DNA of 64,000 bases. Source: Cyanophora paradoxa CCMP329 (Eukaryota; Plantae; Glaucophyta). The stretch covers positions 248,001 to 312,000 of the forward strand of contig QPMI01000071.1 in the NCBI GenBank assembly GCA_004431415.1. The letters are read 5' to 3'. Shown piece after piece: positions 12,301 to 24,300 of this stretch. The notes under the pieces are model-generated. The model saw nothing but the letters and a program-made list of their open reading frames with translations. It ran no database searches and was not told where the DNA came from. The translations under genes were made by a program, and so were the position numbers. The stretch's first letter is position 1, and the number at the start of each line of letters is the position of its first letter.

Positions 12301-15300
12301 CTGTTGAAAACCTCGACCCGCAGTGCGAAACGTCCAGCAGCGACCTGCCGGGTGAATTCGGAAATATTAATGCACAGAGCGAGCTTGAGTGGCGGATCAG
12401 GCCCGCACAGTGCACTGAGTGGTGCAGGCGCTGATGATCTGTTTTGAGAATCAACTGGTCAGGGCAGTGCGAAACGAAACCGTTGAACGGAAGCGGGTCG
12501 CAGTGGCGGCGCACGAGGGAGTCCACGTTGTATGCCGTCGACGCAGAGAGCGGGTCGTAGTTTCCGAAGTCGAAGAGGACCGCCCCGTGGGCCGGAAGCC
12601 GGAGTGGCTTCATCCACACCTCCAGCACGACGCTCCCGCCGAAGGTCAGGGCCGGTATCGTGAGCGACCTCGGGCCCTGGGCGCCGTTGCTAGTGCCCAG
12701 AACGACGCCGGTATCTGCACGAATCAGAAACCGGGGCGTCAATAAAACGCTTCCGGGGGCTGAGCGCTAGAAGACGAGGCCGACCGAGCGAGGGCGAATA
12801 TCGCGGCGGGCAGTCCGGGAGGTTTGCGCTTTGCGTCCTCCCGTTACCGGACTGCCGATCGAAACACGTGAGGCGCAGCTAACAGAGAAGGGCTTCGTTC
12901 GGTAGCGCAAGCCGTGCGGCGCACCCGATCGCAGACTGCGTTGGCGCCGCACTGGAAGAGGCAGTCAAAGATGTCCATGCGGACGTCGAGGTAGCGGTCG
13001 CGCCCCGTTGCGACGGCGTTGCTTGCGTACGCGTTCCAGATCTCGGTGCCGGAGAGCCTGCCGTTGTACCACCCGAAGTAGGCGACTCGCGCGTTCGCGA
13101 TGGAATTCCCGGCATTCCAGGAGGTCCAGACTCTCGAAGTTGCCCACGTTTCTGCCCGTCACGCTCAGCTGGCGCACCAAGAGATGGACTGGATTCGGAC
13201 TCACTCCACGGCAGTCCACCGGGGCGGCCGTACCCCCCGATGTGCTGACCGTTGCGGTAGAAATTGAGGGTCCCTCCTCCGTGCGTGAAGGCGAAGTGCT
13301 GCGCACAAACAACGATAGCCACGCAAGACTTCTAAAATCAACCGCGAGCATAGCACGCGCTGACCGTCCACTCCCCAATCTGCAGAACAGAGAAAAACAG
13401 AGCGTGAGGGGCTCCACATGCTTGTATTCGACAGCGCCATGCAGGTCGCGCACCTTGAATCCGAATGTACCGGTTATGTAGACCTGGAACGCGGAAGTGC
13501 CGCCATCGCAGTAGGTGCTGCACGAGCTCTTCAATTAGAGACGCGAGACTGACATCAACTTCATGAAATGAGAATCAGAGTGGTGCACCAGGACCAAAGA
13601 AATGACGAGTAGCCCGCCGCAAATCTTTGACCGCCCCCCGCCAGAACGTTTCCGTTTGCGTCGCAGGGGTCGCTTTCCGGACAGAACCTGCAGGGTAAAA
13701 AATATTGAGACACGGCTCGAGAGTTGCGTGCATGATCAGGTGCGATTGGGCGAACCACAGCGACATTTCTTGGTCCATATCAATATAGAAGTCTTCTTCT
13801 GGAATCGGCTGGTATTTCCATATCTGAGGGCAGCCAGTCGGATTCCAGGTTCAACTCAGCCCCAAAATCGAACTTTGCGCACATCCCTAAAGCTCAAAAT
13901 GCCGTTGTACTTGGACTGGCCTTGATTGATTTTCAACCTGCCGCAGCAGTCGACCTCGTGAGCGAGTCGACCGCATGAGCGATTCTCGTCAGCATGCGGA
14001 CCAGAACATGAAGGTTGTGTCCCCGCCCCACCCCCAGTTCACGTCCCAGTAATTCCCCCAGATATACGCGCCTGCAAGCGGATGTTTAATGACCCAGACC
14101 TCTGGATTTTGAGGACCTCTTCGCACTTCTGGTCGGCCCTGAGAGATAAGAGACCGGCGCTACCGGTGGCGTGGTCACCGTGATGCTCGCGTTTGTGCTC
14201 TTCATGCTCTCCTGCCCCACGTAGAAAGCAACGTACGTGTACGTTGTCGCTGGCAAGGCTGTGTTGTCCGTGCAGTCAGCGTTGCCAGCAGCGCCGCCCA
14301 GCCATGACGAGGTCACGGTGCAGCTGTACCCCCCGCTGACGCGCTCGAGCTCGAGCTTGCTGATGTCGCTGTCTGCTGTCGACGGCACAACGCGAATGAT
14401 GTTTGTCGATGTGCCCGTGGTCAAAGAGGTGGATAAGATCAAGCTCAGGACGGGTGGATTTGGGGAAGTCCACGCCAGGTCTGGGAGGCTTATCTTTGAA
14501 TCCAGGCCCGCCCTGGAGTTGGGATTGCCGGCTGTCGTGTAGTCCGCCTTGTAGAAGTACTGCGTGCCAGCCTCCAGGCTACTGTGGGTGTACTCGTAGG
14601 TCGGAGACGACTTGCTGATGCTGGTGAGCAAAGTGTACGGGCCCACGACTCCCGCAGTCACGGTCGCGTTGTAGATGCGGATCGCGACCGCAGCGGCCTG
14701 CTCAGGCAGGGGTTTCGTCACCGTCACCTTCACGGAAGTGGCGTCAATGCCCGAGGCCACCACCGTCGGAGCTTCCGCAAAATCAGTCGTCGCCGACACA
14801 GTGCCATTGTCCGACTGCGTGTAGGCCGTGAAAAGGAAAGCCCAGTAGCTGAACGTCAAGCCCGGCGGCAGGCCTGTATCGGTGAAGACATAGCTGGTGC
14901 TGCTCAGATCCGCAGTCTTGCTCTCCGCTAAGTACCCATCGCGGTACAGGTCGATGCGGGTCACCTTGGGCACGAGGTTCTCTTGAGGGTCCGTGGAGGG
15001 GACTGCCGCAGGCAGGCTCGGGAAGGCGACTCGGATTTGAACGGAGGTGGCGGTGGGGGCGTCCGTGTCCGGGTGAACGGAGAGCACGGGCGCTGCCGGT
15101 CTAAGCTGCGTGACTTGCAGAGTGCTCGACACGAGCGATGCCGCGGCATTCATCGTGTAGTACGCAGTGAAGTTCGACGTGGTTCCGGGCTCCAGCGAGG
15201 TCCATGCCCGGCACTGCACCGACACGGCAGGATACCGTGGCATCGAGTACGTCTCAGGCGCAGTTTCCAGCGAGGGCAGCCAGAGTCTTGTGAACTCCGT

Positions 15301-18300
15301 CGTCAAGATCTCGACCTCGCTGCCGTCCGTCGGATAGGTGACGCAGACCCGTGCTGTTGTCGCCGTTATCTGCTGAACGGACAGCACTGGAATCGATGCA
15401 GTTACAAGGTCCGACGTGACGGTGAGAGGGCCCGACTCGGGCCCGTTCTCCCACCTCTCGGACCCGCCGTAGAAGACCTTGCCCTCGTACTGCGCGACGT
15501 ACACGTAGGCCGTTCCCGGTTGGATGGCTGCTGCAGTGTCCGCGCAGCTCCCGACTGCCGCGTTCTTATTGGTACCGCAGTCGACGTTGTCCGCGGTGCT
15601 GTTACGCGAGACAAAGGTGCGGGTGATGAGAGTCGTGTTGAGCGGAGGGCCGTTGTCGAAGCTGATCGTCACCGAGAACGCTCTCACGTTCTCTTCGGTC
15701 ACCGAGATCCGCGGTGCCGGCGGGCCCGTCCGCGCCAGCTTGGAGTCGCTCTCCGTCGAGGGCACTGGAGTGAGGTACACGGCCTTGTAGTAGTAGTCCG
15801 TCTGAGGGTTCCGGCCCACGTCGACGAATGTGCGAGTCTGGGGTGTCGCCCCATTATTGATCATGGGAAGTGTTGTCACCTCCGTCCAATCCGAGGCGTT
15901 GTTCGGCAAGCGGAAGATGCGGACACTGCTTACGACCACCTCCGCGACCAGCTCGGGCACCTCCACCATGATCCAGACGGCTGTCGCGTTCACGGCGGTG
16001 GTGTAAACGTTCGCTGGGCAAGCGAAATATGCATCACCGCTCAACTGCAGCAGCGATCAGCAAACGCAGTCATGACCAAGGCCGCCAACGCTGACCTGCG
16101 CGTGTCGCCCGTTGCCAGACCGATCAAGGGCCGTTCGCGTCGTGCTCCCGGCCGTCACGCAGTCGTTGAAAGGGAGGTGCAGGTGGACCGAGGAGCGCGT
16201 CGGCCCGACGTTGAAGTAGTGCTCCACGACCTGCTCGTCCGTCGAGTTCCCGCTCCAGAGGTGCAGTTCAGATAGCACTATTCCGTGGAAAAACGGCCTC
16301 CCCTGCAATGAAGTCATGATCAAGCCTGGAACGAGGCTAAGATCGGATGCGTTGCACCGGCTCGCTCGGCTTTCCAATGTAGTTCGCGGTGCGTGTGATG
16401 TTCTGAATGGACGTGATTGACGTGCTGGTAGCGAGAAATCCGTTCAGGTAAGCTTTCAGGGAGCTGTTGCCAGCCATGTCTGCAGGGCCAAACTCCAGCA
16501 TAACGTACTGCCACGATTCCCCGACCTGTGCATGCTCGCGTGAGATAAACGAGCGATTTTACTCCATCTTCATCGCGCACGGCAAATCCAGATGCAGTGC
16601 TATTGTAGCCGCCAGCAAACACGTCGGCGACTCCAACGCGGGTCGACCCCCGGTAAACCTCGACCCGCAAAGCAAAGCGGCCAGCCTCGACCTGTGCGGG
16701 CAGATCATGAATGCGCCGCGTGGCACATCCAAGGGTGCTCGCACAGCGCATTCCGGAGCCGAACAAGCGCTGATAATCTGGTGCGAACGAAGGACAATCA
16801 ATTGCCCACGAATTCGTCCAATCGAGCAATCGAGGCGCACGAGGGAGTCCACGTTGTATGCCGTCGACGCGGAGAGCGGGTCGTAGTTTCCGAAGTCAAA
16901 GAGGACCGCCCCGTGGGCCGGAAGCCAGAGTGGCTTCATCCACACCTCCAGCACGACGCTCCCGCCGAAGGTCAGGGCCGGTATCGCGACGGACCTCGGC
17001 CCCTGGGCGCCGCTGTTCGTGCCCAGGACAACGCCTGGCGCGCAATCAAACAGGAGCATCAATACAGTGCTTCCGGGGGCTGAGCGCTAGAAGACGAGGC
17101 CGACCGAGCGAGGGCGAATATCGCGGCGGGCAGTCCGGGAGGTTTGCGCTTTGCGTCCTCCCGTTACCGGACTGCCGATCGAAACACGTGAGGCGCAGCT
17201 AACAGAGAAGGGCTTCGTTCGGTAGCGCAAGCCGTGCGGCGCACCCGATCGCAGACTGCGTTGGCGCCGCACTGGAAGAGGCAGTCAAAGATGTCCATGC
17301 GGACGTCAAGGTAGCGGGCCCGGTTCGTCGCAACGGCGTTGCTTGCGTACGCGTTCCAGATCTCGGTGCCGGAGAGCCTGCCGTTGTACCACCCGAAGTA
17401 GGCGACTCGCGCGTTCGCGATGGAATTTCCGGCATTCCAGAAGGTCCAGACTCTCGAAGTTGCCCACGTCTCTGCCCGTCATCCTCAGCTGGCGCACCGG
17501 TACCAAAAGGTGGACTGGATTCGGACTCACTCCACGGCAGTCCACCGGGGCGGCCGTACCCCCCGATGTGCTGACCGTTGCGGTAAAAATTGAGGGTCCC
17601 TCCTCCGTGCGTGAAGGCGAAGTGCTGCGCACAAACAACGATCGCCACGCAAGACTTCTAAAATCAAACGCGAGCATAGCACGCGCTGACCGTCCACTCC
17701 CCAATCTGCAGAACAGAGAAAGACAGCGCGTGAGGGGCTCCACATGCTTGTATTCGACAGCGCCATGCAGGTCGCGCACCTTGAATCCGAATGTACCGGT
17801 TATGTAGACCTGGAACGCGGAAGTGCCGTTATCGCAGTAGGTGCTGGACGAGTTCTTCAATTAGAGACGCGAGACTGACATCAACTTCATGAAATGAGAA
17901 TCAGAGTGGTGCACCAGGACCAAAGAAATGACGAGTACCCCGCTGCGTATCTCTGACCGCCCCCCGCCAGTACATTTCCGTTTGCGTCGCAGGGGCTGCT
18001 TTCCGGACAAAACCTGCAGGATCAAATATTGAGACACGGCTCCGGAGTTGCGTGCATGATCGGGTGCGGTTGGACGAACCACAGCGACATTTCTTGGTCC
18101 ATATCAATATAGAAGTCTTCTTCTGGAAACGGCTGATATTTCCATATCTGAGGGCAGCCAGTCGGATTCCAGGTTCAACTCAGCCCCAAAATCGAACTTT
18201 GCGCACATCCCTAAAGCTCAAAATGCCGGTGTACTTGGACTGGCCTTGATTGATTTTCATCCTGCCGCAGCAGTCAACCTCGTGAGCGAGTCGACCACAT

Positions 18301-21300
18301 GAGCGATTCTCGCGATCGTCAGCATGCGGACCAGAACATGAAGGTTGTGTCCCCGCCCCACCCCCAGTTCACGTCCCAGTAATTTCCCGAGATATATGCG
18401 CCTGCAAGCGGATGATCAACGACCCAGACCTCTGGATTTTGAGGACCTCTTCGCACTTCTGGTCGGAGCTCGAGCTGGGAGAGAAGAGACCGTTGTAACG
18501 GTGAGAGGGCCCGACTCGGGTCCGTTCTCCCACTTCTCCGACCCGCCGTAGAAGACCTTTCCTTGGTACTTTGCGATGTACACGTAGGCCTTGCCCAGTT
18601 GGATGACTGCCGCAGTGTCCACGCAGCTCCCAATTGCTGCATTCTTGTTGGTACCGCAGTCGACGTTGTCTGCAGTGCTGTTACGCGAGACAAATGTGCG
18701 CGTGATTAGAGTCGGGTTGAACGGGAAGCTGTTGTCCAAGTTTATCGTCACCGAGTACGCTTTCACGTTCTCCTCGGTCACCGAGAGTCGCGGCGCTGGC
18801 GGGCCGGTCCGCGCCAGCTTGGAGTCGCTCTCCTTCGAAGGCTCTGGAGTGAGGTACACGGCCTTGTAGTAGTAGTCCGTCTGAGGGTTCCGGCCCCCAT
18901 CGACGAATGCGCGAGTCTGGGGCGTCGCCCCGCTGTTGATCATCGGGAGCGTCGTCACCTCGGCCCAATTCGAGACGTTGTTCGGCGAGCGGAAGATGCG
19001 AACACCGCTCACGACCACCTCCGCAGCCAGCTCGGGCACCTCCACCATGATCCAGACGGCCGTCACGTTCACGCCGGTCGTGGTCAGCGTAGGCTTGGGC
19101 AAGTCGTATGTGGATGAAGAGACCACAAGAGGATCCGACACCTTCCCATTCTCATAGCTTTCTCGTCCGTCGTAGAAGACCAGCCCCTCGTACTGTGCCG
19201 TGTACATGTATGTGGTGCCGGGGCTAATGTCCTGGTCCAGGCAAGAGGAGAGCCAGTTGTTTGACGCCACCGTGCAGATGCGAGACCCGTTGCGCAGGAG
19301 GTACGTCTCGGTGATGAGCTGTGTGTTGAGATCGGTCTGGACCAGGTTAACCGCCACTTCGTAGGCCTTCGTGTAGTTCAGCGACAACACGGGCATGGGT
19401 GGGCCCGTGCGGGCCATGGCTGTCGCGCTCTCTCTAGAGTCCGCCGGCGTCAGGAACACCGCCTTGTACCAGTACTCGGTTTGCGGAGCACGGCCAGCAT
19501 TGACGAGGCGGTACGTGCCGTCGGTGTCGGAGGAAGTGATTGTTGTGACGGTCGCCCAAGCACTCCCAACTGGGGCGTTGGACATCGCCCGGGAGATCCG
19601 CACACCGCTGACAGTGACCACGGAATCGAGCACTGGCAGCGTCACCTCGATCCATACCGCCGTTGCGTTAACGAGAGTCGTCCTCACAGTCGGCTGTGGA
19701 GAGCTGTCCGTCGTTGCAGACGCAGTGTTCGAGTTCTGAGATTCGCCCGCCGACGAAGTGGCTTTCGCCCAACACGTGTATGGTGTGCTAGGCTGCAGGC
19801 CCGTGAGGGTCACCATGGACGGGCCGTCCTGAGAGATGTATATCGTGCGAATCACGTTCGTGTCGTCGCAGGCCAGCCGGTAGCTATCAGCAAGTGCCTT
19901 GCTCGCAGAGTGGTTCTCGATGTCAAGGGTCACATCGATCGCGTTAGAGTCAACCATTGTCATCGTGACGACGGGGGCCTTCGGCGGCAGTGTCGCAGAG
20001 ACCGCGCCCAGCTCGCTCGTCGTGCCCCCCTGGCCCTCAAACACGCACTTCCACACGTACGTTGTTCCCCAATCCACCGTGTAGCCCGTATCACCGGGCT
20101 CACTCGAGACAAAGAAATGCTCATTGAGAACGAAGAAGGTGAAATCTGAGGATGAGTTCTCCCAGCAGAGTGTTCTCATGACAACGCTCTCAAGCCCCGG
20201 CGTTAGGGACACGGCCACAGTGACCGAGGGCTGATTCGTGACTGTGGCAACGTATGGCTGAGGCGCAGGCAGTGCGGTCCAGAGCTCCTTCTTCTCCGAC
20301 TCCGGGGATGTGACGCGTAAACCGCCATTGTTGACGGTGAGCAGTGCCGAGTAGCTGTACGAGTGGCCGGCCAGCAGACCGGAGTCGTTGTAGCGAAGGC
20401 AACAGCCGCTGATGACGCCAATCCACGTGCATGGCCCGCAGCTGGAAGGCGTGAGCGGAATTGTCGCAATCAGCCCCGCGTCGTCTCGGTAAAGTTCTGT
20501 GCCATTGATCTTGTCCCAGCCCGCAGGAAGCTCAATTTCTACGCTGATAAAGAAGATCTCTGCTGGATATGGACCCATGACGACCACCGGTGCTTCGGGC
20601 GGCGTCACAACCCGAACAGAATTCGATGGAGACGATGATTGAAAGTCAGTGAGAACATCTGTCAGGAAGACCGCGTGGTACGTAAATTCCTGTCCAGGAA
20701 GCACATCGGTGTCGATGAAAACGCCCTCAAGGACACCCGCAGCGAAGATTAACTTGTCAGCCGTGCTATCCGTGGGCCAAGCAGGCGACCGTGTCAGCTG
20801 GACTTGCGTCGCCCCGCTCACGCTGCAGGAAGCGGCAGACACACATGCCGGCTTGGAAACGCCAATCGAGACCGACAACTTGCTCGCAGACATCAATGCA
20901 AGGACGGGCGGCTGCGGAATGGTGCGGCCCCTCGACGGCTCGCTCATGAACGAGTCGGAGCCCGCGGCGCCCTCTTCTACGCCCTCCGTCGTGAAGTCCG
21001 CCGTGAACTCGTACAGCTCGCCCGCCTGCAAGCCGGTCACCCAGAACGTTACGGATGCAGCCGCAGGGTCCGTCGGCTTCGGCAGCGGCGCCGGAAGTAT
21101 CACTGAGCCGTTTGAGCTGTGGAGCCGGGTCTCCACCACTTTCACGGGGGAGAAGTCGCCATGCGGAATGTCCGTCACGGTCACGCGCAGCTCCGTCGTG
21201 CTCACGGTCTCCACGTTTGAGATCCGCGGGGCGCGCGCCCGGGCCGTCTGCATCGTCAGCTCGGACGAGAAGCTCGAGCTGATCAGTGCCGTCTCGACCA

Positions 21301-24300
21301 GCGTCTTGTACGTGTATGTCCCGTTCGGCCTCAGGCCGCTGTCCGTAAAGTCGTACCAGTTATCCGTGTCGCTCAAACCAACAACGCTGCTGCTGAGAAC
21401 ACGCTCCAGAAAAGCGCCGTCTCTGTGTATGACGATGCTCGTGATCCAGTCCATGAGCTTCACAGTGCCGTCCTTCGGCATGGTGATGCGGAAGCTGAGA
21501 GATGTCGCTGTGTCCGGGTCCGCCACCGGCAGCGGCGAGACTGTCGGCGCGTTGGGCGCTGGGTGCATGGGTGCTACGATCGCGATCGTGCAACGGCCTA
21601 AGACTTCGCCGATACCAGATAAAGCAGAAATGCTGCAGCTAACAGATTGATTTCCTGAGTACGAAGGTGCGATCGGACTGCGGATAAATATAGTATCCGC
21701 CTCCGCATCGCTGGTGTTCACGCTCGCTGGGAAAATGCGGTCCAGGCTGGTGCAGTTGGCGGCAAGGCTAGCTATGCCTACGCCGGGCGTGAAGGTTGCG
21801 ATGATCCACACGAACTGAGAGCTGCTATTGAAGCCAGAGCAAGCGAGAGGGGACGGTGCTCCTTGCTTCACAACAACGTACGGGGCAAGCTGATGGGCGC
21901 TGAAAGTCGAGGACCTGTCGACGATCCGAGGCACGTAGCTCCCTTCAGCAATGCCGGGCGGCAGCTGAAGCGACGCTGCCCCAAGGCTTGCTGTGATCGC
22001 GAGCTCGCCGACGAGCTCGCCCGTCCAGGACTGCGCATGCGCGATGCGTCATTATGAGGGCTGATAGATTTCCAGCCACAGAGAATCAATCTAGATATGT
22101 GCAACAAATTACATGTGCGCACCAGTACAACATCTGCAGTACTCGGGAGGAGGTACACTTGCGCGCTGAAATTGTACGCCGCAGAGATCCACCGGAGCAC
22201 AAGGGAATTCTCGCTCGTTTTCAAGATTTCGACGCCACCAGCCTGCGGGACGAGGCTGACGAGCGCTGGTGTCCCTGTTGTACGCGCATGGGCTAGCGTC
22301 AGCGCCCCTTTCCGCAGGAAGTTGAATTGGAGCAGAATTCAAACATGGCACACATGGTGGCACAACGAATCGTGGGGAAAATACGCTGGCCCCCTCTTCG
22401 TTGAATATCTCGAGCCTGTACACGCCTGAATTGACATTGCTTGAAATGAATACGTCCAGACTAGGGATCCCGCCAAACTTCAATATAGTAGCGTTTGCGG
22501 TCCATAGCATGATCTGGTTGAATGCGAATGATAAATTAATATGTCGAACACACACAAATATATTGATAGCTATAGATGCATCGAGATACGTCGATTTAAC
22601 GCACATCAATAGGAGCTGTAGCGCTACTGGCGGAAACGATTCGGATTGATGCTTTGTCGAATGCTCTGTTGGGATACGAGTACAAAAAGGTAACCGAAGA
22701 TCCTGTAACTATGGTGGACATATCCTCTGGGGAGTCCCACGTGATGCGATGCTCCGGCACGACCGCTGCGGATGCAGGATACGGCGTTGGTTGGAGCGAT
22801 AGGTACAAAACCACGCGGCAAACCGGTCACGGAGAACATGTCCGAAGGTTCTTCCCAGACTTGATTTACTGCGTTGTATCTATGGCTGTACAGGAAGTAT
22901 CTGTGAATATCGGTTCCAGAACGTCAATCGCGAAACGAACGTCGTCAAATAGGGATACCGGATGTTTGCTTACGATGTGCAAGTAGAAGGGTCGACTGCC
23001 CGGGGACTGAAGTCGTCGGCAGTGAGCCGTATGGGGGACGGGTCCAAATATCTTGCGTTGGCAAAGCTTCCGTGGACCGAGTGCAGCAGTGCCGCCAATA
23101 TCCAGACGCCTGACGATATAGTGGGAACAATGCGGTCAATATATAAAGTACATAGCAATCTAGCAAAATCGCGTGTCTTGCAGCGAGAAGCGCAGCGGAT
23201 CGGATTTACCGTGCACATAAGTAACGGGATTTGTATAGCGAAAAGGTGCATTTGCAAAGTAGTAGAGCTGGCCGCCGTATGCGTAAACGCCAAGCACGCC
23301 CTTACAAATGCCCAGCCCTTCCGGGGTCATCGCGGCTGTTTTATTGAAGTTGTTGAATTTATCGATGTACTGGAAAGACTTGTTTGCAGAAGCAAGATCG
23401 ACCATGCTACCGCGCAGCGTCAACAATACTAATAAAGGACAAAAATTAAAAGAATATGCCGCGCACTACACGTCGTTATAGAAGCCTTTGTTATTTGTCC
23501 CGGCCTGGAAATCCATCATTCGAAAGCCAGCTGCGATGTAAAAACGACTTCCTACGCGAATGACGCAAGCCCGCACGGGTCGAAAAAGCTTCGTCAGTCG
23601 AGATTGCGATTGATCACAGATCTAGTACGCACCGCCTCGCGCGCATATTGGGGATTTGCGCCGCGTCAGTGTCGATTGTGAAAGGGAAATTTCGGTGGTC
23701 CATTTGCGATCCGCGATTGAATATCTGTCGGAGGGGGGGAGTTCGTTGAAGGTACGACCATAGACGTCCAAAGAGGAGGGAGGAGGGGGGGGGGGGGGAA
23801 GGGTGGGGAGAGGGGGGGGGAGGAAGGGAGGGAGGGCGGGGGGGATCCGGAGGGGGGCCATAGAATATCTGTCGAAAGGGAGGGGAGGGGAGAGAGGGAG
23901 GCACGACATTAGAAGCACCTGACAAGATCGTTGCGCTCGCCCGACCAATCCAGCCCCGATGCACTGTACGCTGGGCACACTGAGTCGCAGTTGGCAGAAG
24001 TCCACCCTGCAGCGGCCTGATGGAGAAACCCCCATCATTCGGTCGGCCTTTAGCAAACTAAGAAGAGGGAGATACAGTAAAAGCAACGCACATAGATACT
24101 GCCGTTGTAATGCGTTAGGCCTGCAGAAACGCGTCAAAGCTCTTTAAAATTGGAATTAAGTGGAATTAAGAAGCTTGCTGCTCACAGTGGTTCATGCGGC
24201 CGAATAAGGGAATAGAGTGCGGCAGCACTTCTATACCAGCCAAGTCCATCGTTGTTGGGAAAGACCAAAAATAATTGCTCGGTTTAATTCTTGGGTCCCC

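Noticed and set aside
8230-19100. DGR template/variable repeat pairs
   Set aside because: The repeats are multi-kb, differences are not adenine-specific, and no reverse transcriptase is present.
14983-21650. Long plus-strand ORFs (14983..16275, 20649..21650, also 6982..8187)
   Set aside because: Antisense shadows of GC-rich coding exons; Arg/Ala-rich with no recognisable motifs.
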